NCBI GenBank assembly: GCA_964016885.1
Contig: OZ024740.1
Location: 332,444,001 to 332,508,000 of the forward strand
Origin: Eledone cirrhosa
Lineage: Eukaryota
Reading direction: 5' to 3'
DNA length: 64,000 bases
Part shown: positions 57,724-64,000 of the stretch, piece by piece
How the letters are laid out: the number at the start of each line of letters is the position of its first letter
Numbering within the stretch: the stretch's first letter is position 1
Position numbers and translations under genes: made by a program
The notes under the pieces: generated by a model
Database searches by the model: none
The model's input: only the letters and a program-made list of their open reading frames with translations
What the model was told of the DNA's origin: nothing

Positions 57724-58890
57724 CAGGTTGCGGACAGTTTTTGAGGACACATGCATTTTTAGTCATTATTTTATTTGACTAATTTTTATATAGCAATGAA
57801 AATAACTATGCTTACTAATGAAATGAAAAGGCATGCTGTGATTGTGGCTTTGAAAGCTAGGCATGGTGATTTAGAAATTTCTCATTTTCTGAAAGTTGCA
57901 AGATCTTTTGTCTAGACGACAAATGCTCTGATTCTATCAATACCTGAATTTATTCAGGAAGTTAAGCAAAACATTGATCACAATCCAGGAAAGTCAATGA
58001 GGTCAATTGCAAAAAATCTTGGTGTGTGAAAAAAAAACAATCAGAAATGTTGTGCATGAAGACATCAGATACAAATCTTACGTGATGAGGAAAGGTCAAT
58101 TCATGTCAAAAAGAAAACAATAGAAGATCCAAAAGACTTTTGAACAAACTTAAAAATCCATCAGAAGATGGTGTGATTTGGTTTTTCTTAGATGAGAAAA
58201 ACTTTGACCAGGACCAGAAAACTAACGGAAGAAATGACAGGTGGCTATGTGCAGACCCTTCTGAGGTTCCAAGAGTAATGCACACAAAATTTACTTGGGT
58301 GTTGTTAGTAATGAAGGACATGTGATCCTCCTCACTTTTTTCCACAAGGCCTTAGGTTGAATACTGCTGCGTATATTGAGGTTCTGGATAAAGTTGTTAA
58401 GCGTTGGATCAACAGTGTATGCAATAGAAGGCCTTATGCCTTTCAACAAGATTCTGCACCATCACACAAGGCTCAAGTGACACATGAATGGATGGCCGTA
58501 AAATTGCATGATCACATCACCTCCAACATTTGGCCTCCTAATTCTCCAGATCTCAATCCACTGGACTACTATGTATGGATCATCGTTGAGGAAAATATCA
58601 ATGAACACCCCCATAGCACCAACATTCTTTGAAAGCCGCAATAGTTCCAGTGTGTCCGATATGAACAAGGAGCACTTAATCCGAGTTTGTAAAGGATTTC
58701 GACCCCGCGTAGAGGTAGTTATCGATGCTTATGGTAGTTTTATTGAATGAAATTATTAAATTGATTATTCAGCTTTATGTTTATGTTATTTTTATAAGAA
58801 TACAGTTTTTTTCTGTTATATAAGCGTTTTTTTTTTGGGGGGGGGGGTGTCTTTACCATAAATCTGTCCTCAAATACCCTCCGCAGCCTG
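57724..58890 (+). mobile_element. Tc1/mariner DD37D (maT-type) transposon, degraded, with both TIRs
   Basis: TIRs caggttgcggacagtttttgaggaca / tgtcctcaaataccctccgcagcctg. Motifs FLDEKNF and FQQDSAPSH, then 37 residues to the D in PDLNPLDY. Confidence 0.9.
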
Positions 58891-59009
58891 CATAATGCAG
58901 AACATGGAGTAAGTCTTCGTTCTTTGTAGGAAGCTATAAGTTATTGTATTGTACAGTGGATGTGCTTAACCAAAAGGAGAGGGTAGCTTAGCACCCAACT
59001 CTGCTCGAC

Positions 59010-59195
59010 CTTGGATTAGCTGTATCGGTAGCGTTAAACACCATGCTTTGCAGGATAGATTTATGACTCTGTATATTCTGAGTTCAAATCCCGCCGAGGT
59101 TCAATTTGCCTTTCATCGTTACGGGGTCGCTAAAATAAAGCACCAGTAATGCAGTGGGGTAATTGCTGGCCTTGTGTCAAATGTAGAAACAATTG
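59010..59195 (+). mobile_element. tRNA-type SINE
   Basis: gagttcaaatcccgccgagg...ggggtcgctaaaataaagcaccag...ttgctggccttgtgtcaaatgtagaaacaatt. Confidence 0.85.
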
Positions 59196-59732
59196 TATAG
59201 TAAATACATAGCTAATATTGACTATCGTCGATTGTATTCCCTATAAACAATCTAAATCTAGAAGGTCGTTACGTAACTACACTAAATCAGTAAATTACCT
59301 GCATCAACCTTCAGCAAGTCTTGCCTAATTTCTCCTAATTTCTTGTCAATATTATACACACATTTATTCTATCCTCTCTCTGGCTGTATTTCGATCTCTA
59401 TGTCTCCATATATATCTACACATCTTTCACTCTAACAGTATCTCTCTTGCTCTTAGTTCTCAATACTGCCATACCTACCAACTTCCCAGTAATCCTCCGT
59501 CTCATTATTTTCTATTTTGACCCCTTATTTTGTCAGTTCACTCTGCTTGATCTCCTGTCTCTCAATATTATTTCCAAGAGCGATTGCTCGATCTAAATGG
59601 TAATAATTTCTCTATTCCCCTTATGGTTACCTATGCACATTTACGTGTTGCATTCGATTGTAGTAATCTTTCTGTTCCATATCTGTATATAGATATTTTG
59701 TCTTGTATTCGTGTCCAACGTCCTTTTTTTTT

Positions 59733-59990
59733 AGATATGAAGCAGAAGTAACCATCAAACACAAGAAGCCTGTACTTATGTAGGAATGTCCGAGAGCCGG
59801 TTCAAAAGCTGCTTCCTGAACCAGGAGACGACCTTCAGATATTCTGACAAAAAACTTACTATACAAATCAGTGTCTATAAATTCTATGAAGAGCTTGCTC
59901 TGAGAATGTATAATATTAATAAAAGAAAATGTATCATGTAGGTGCTGAGACCTTTCAAGCTCTTCTTATAACAGGGAAACAAAGTGTCCT
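59733..59990 (+). pseudogene. Penelope-like GIY-YIG endonuclease remnant
   Basis: YEAEVT (59736) then, after a frameshift, YVGMSESRFKSCFLNQETTFRY (59777). Resembles IY.A.V...YIG.TE..FK.R..NH..SFR. Confidence 0.55.
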
Positions 59991-61853
59991 TTCTCTTGTT
60001 ACTACTTGTTATCAAGAGAACAGTGGAAATAGAACTATAATGCAAAAGCCAATGAAGGTAGAAAGGACATAGTAAATAAGCTATTTACCTGTATTACGTG
60101 CATATATGACTTTTCGCCGAGGCAAAAGGTCATTTCACTAATGGGGAATAAATTGAGTGTGTTTCCATTGCTATCTCTAGCACAGCAATTGAATCTACTT
60201 TTAATACATCCTTTAATAAGAGATATAAATGTTATAATATTTCATTGAGTGCTGAATTAACGTTTTTCTTCTGTATGATAATAATGTTATAAAGGTTAAT
60301 GTCCTACAAGATGATGTATATGCAAAGACCTTAAACATTAAAATGACTTTGGTAATTTATTTCATGAAATGGGATTCTGACTTTGTAACAACAATAACTC
60401 TATCTATCATATCACTTCCTTCCTTTCATCGTAGATGATCATCTACTCATATCAGTCAGGTAGGTTTCATGAAATATATTTAATTTCCCACACCAGCACT
60501 TCTATCTTGAATTTATGTCAATATGGCAAATCTTTATTTGTATACATTATATGTATATGAATATAACCCGACAATAAATATCCCTATATCCATATAGCTA
60601 TATTTTTACATATTGCTTTGCAGTCAGGATTTCGGAAAAATCACGTTACTAACATATTCATTAAACGCAGATTCAGAATTCATGCTTGCATTTTATAATA
60701 ATGAATATTTTTTTCTGATATTCTCTCTCAGATTAAAACTTTATCGATTGAAACTTATCGTAATTATTCATTTTATTACGTTTTTATTTTCTTTTTCTTT
60801 CTGGAGTATTTTAATTCTATTCTGCGAATCTTTAGCTTCGTTAGTTCATATGTCAATGATGGAAAATTCAGTCAAAATTAAACATGTCTTTGTGGAAAGC
60901 ATTTCATCACTAATTAATCAATCAAATATTTCACAACTCATTTATACAATAGTGTGTAACAATCTCATTGATTAACGGCGCCGTTAATTAACAGTTTTAC
61001 TTTCACTTTCAGCGAGTCACCTTAACGCATTAGTAATTTCTATATTTTCTATTCATTATGACAGACAGCCTCTTGTTTAATTGAGTGCTTCCGGAAGAAG
61101 AATCAAAAGAATTTAAGAACTACCGAGGTTGATGCTATTACAAACATATTAGCTCAGATTAATCATAATAAAATAGAATATATCTCTTTCGTGATTGATG
61201 TGTTTCTTTAAACTTTTCAAGCATGTCTTGATGTTTTGTAATATATTTTTGCCTCGCTTAAAATAAGATGATTTTAACCTGTAGTCATTGTAAAAAAATT
61301 ATAATTAACAGTGAACATTTTGGGATTATCTGACTGTTATCAGAAGCAAGTGAGATTATATAAAGTTAGTGTATATTGATCACAGCCCAATTTATTCAGG
61401 GTAACTCATTTCAAAATATATTACCAGTTCTACGGTATTTGCTCAGTTGATTAAGACCTAATCTGACCACATAAGATTCAGTATGATTAGAGTGTAATAA
61501 TGCATGGAAACATTTGTCATTTTGTAAACAGACTCATTAAATTTAGTTTGGGAATCTCCTGTTTCTCGAAAATTCCGATCTCAGTAAGAACCTTAGAAGT
61601 GTCTAACAGATTCGTAGCACTGGTTATACGAATTCAATTACAATAACTTATGCAACAACTCTGATTAATACAATGATTTCTGAATTGATTTGCGAGACTA
61701 TATAGAGTCAATAGTATACGAAAATCGACTCAAGGAATTATTTCAGAACGAAAATACATACATGTACGCCTGCCGTATATACATACATAATTATATTTAT
61801 ATTATTATTATTGTAAATAGAGATGATATAAAGTATATATATTTCGTGTATTA

Positions 61854-61959
<106 letters not shown>

Positions 61960-61994
61960 GTTTGTATTTATATATATATATACGTATTTATTAC

Positions 61995-62076
<82 letters not shown>

Positions 62077-62078
<2 letters not shown>

Positions 62079-62338
62079 CATGTATTCATTTTCTACTAGC
62101 ATTACAAGGGGTCCGACGAGTCGCAGATTATAGAGTCGGGTAAGGTCGATACAGATCAAACCTTGAGCTGCACAGTGGCGAAACACACGTATTCAACCAA
62201 TAAAAGCAATGAAGGATTAACCAATCGTCCTTGTTATCTTTTCATTATAAAACACTCTGTCTATCTCTACGCCTCGACGCTACTAAACATCGAGTGCTCA
62301 CCCGGGTGAACCTACAGTAACTCCAAGTTACACTCCCT

Positions 62339-62340
<2 letters not shown>
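62077..62340 (+). mobile_element. Single-arm relative of the 47858-50683 family in (TA)n, with a hammerhead-like motif at 62108-62195
   Basis: Similar to 50411-50683. GGGT-CCGACGA-GTCGC...GTGGC-GAAAC-acac-GTA. Confidence 0.8.
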
Positions 62341-63180
<840 letters not shown>

Positions 63181-64000
63181 AGACATGATTATGTTATTTG
63201 TCTAATATGCACTGGTTATAGAATACATAACTTGTATATCCTATATTTCTTAAACCACTTCCAAACAATACATACGTCACAAGACATGGAATTTTCATGG
63301 ATATGAACATCGTTTGACCTGGGTAATGCTCAATTAACATAACACCCACAAACTTGGATACCGTTTAGTTATTAATAACCTTTTTTTTCAATCGGACCAT
63401 TATGAACAGCAACCGATACTAGGATGAAGATATGGCTGTGACACTTGTTCTCAGTGTAAGGCTTATTTCTGAATCGATTAAATACTTCTAGGTTTATGAC
63501 AAAACCTATTCGTCGCTGCTATATGTGTCGGTGTATTGTATTCACTACATGCAAATCTGTCTGTACACATTTATGTATAATATAATTTGGTTACTCATAT
63601 ATACATGCACACACAGAATATCTTACGTATATGTATGTTTGCATGTATGTATGCATGTATGTATATATGTATGCGCGTGCAAACTCCTTAATGCTTCGTA
63701 CTTTAGCCAGGTTTATTTAACAAATCTATTTTCACGATCAAATCCTCTAAAGAGTTGATAATTAGCGGGAAGAAACTCTTTGTCATACTATCTTTATACG
63801 GTCATTCGAAATAAGTGACAATTGTGGTACGATTCCGCGATATAATTATAATTATATATATCTGAATGATGGTGATTATACTTTAATCTCTCTCTCTCTC
63901 TCCCTCTCTCTCTCTTTCACTGTCTCTCTCTCTCTCTCATGAGTATATACATATATATGTATGTGTATATATATATATCTGTATATATATATATATATAT

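Overview
AT-rich, microsatellite-saturated animal non-coding DNA. The repeat landscape resembles a cephalopod (Octopus-like) genome, which is an inference. No host gene could be confidently identified, and most ORFs in the track are microsatellite artefacts. Recognisable transposons are: a near full-length degraded RTE LINE (33046-37222) with an adjacent bipartite RTE derivative, two R4/Dong-like RLE non-LTR remnants, a mariner and a DD37D (maT) transposon, a complete non-autonomous Helitron (42802-43749), about 8 copies of a tRNA-type SINE, and Penelope-like (GIY-YIG) remnants. The most striking signal is a recurring class of non-coding foldback insertions in (TA)n tracts, from at least 7 apparently unrelated sequence families. 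In most, two arms are joined head-to-head with their 3' ends pointing out into the microsatellite. One arm carries an extra tail and the other stops at an internal TA-like microhomology. Many carry minimal type I hammerhead ribozymes with a palindromic stem III, some with an enlarged stem II or a CCGANGA core variant. One such hammerhead lies downstream of a GIY-YIG coding remnant, linking the system to Penelope-like retroelements. All RNA structures were paired by eye and not computed.
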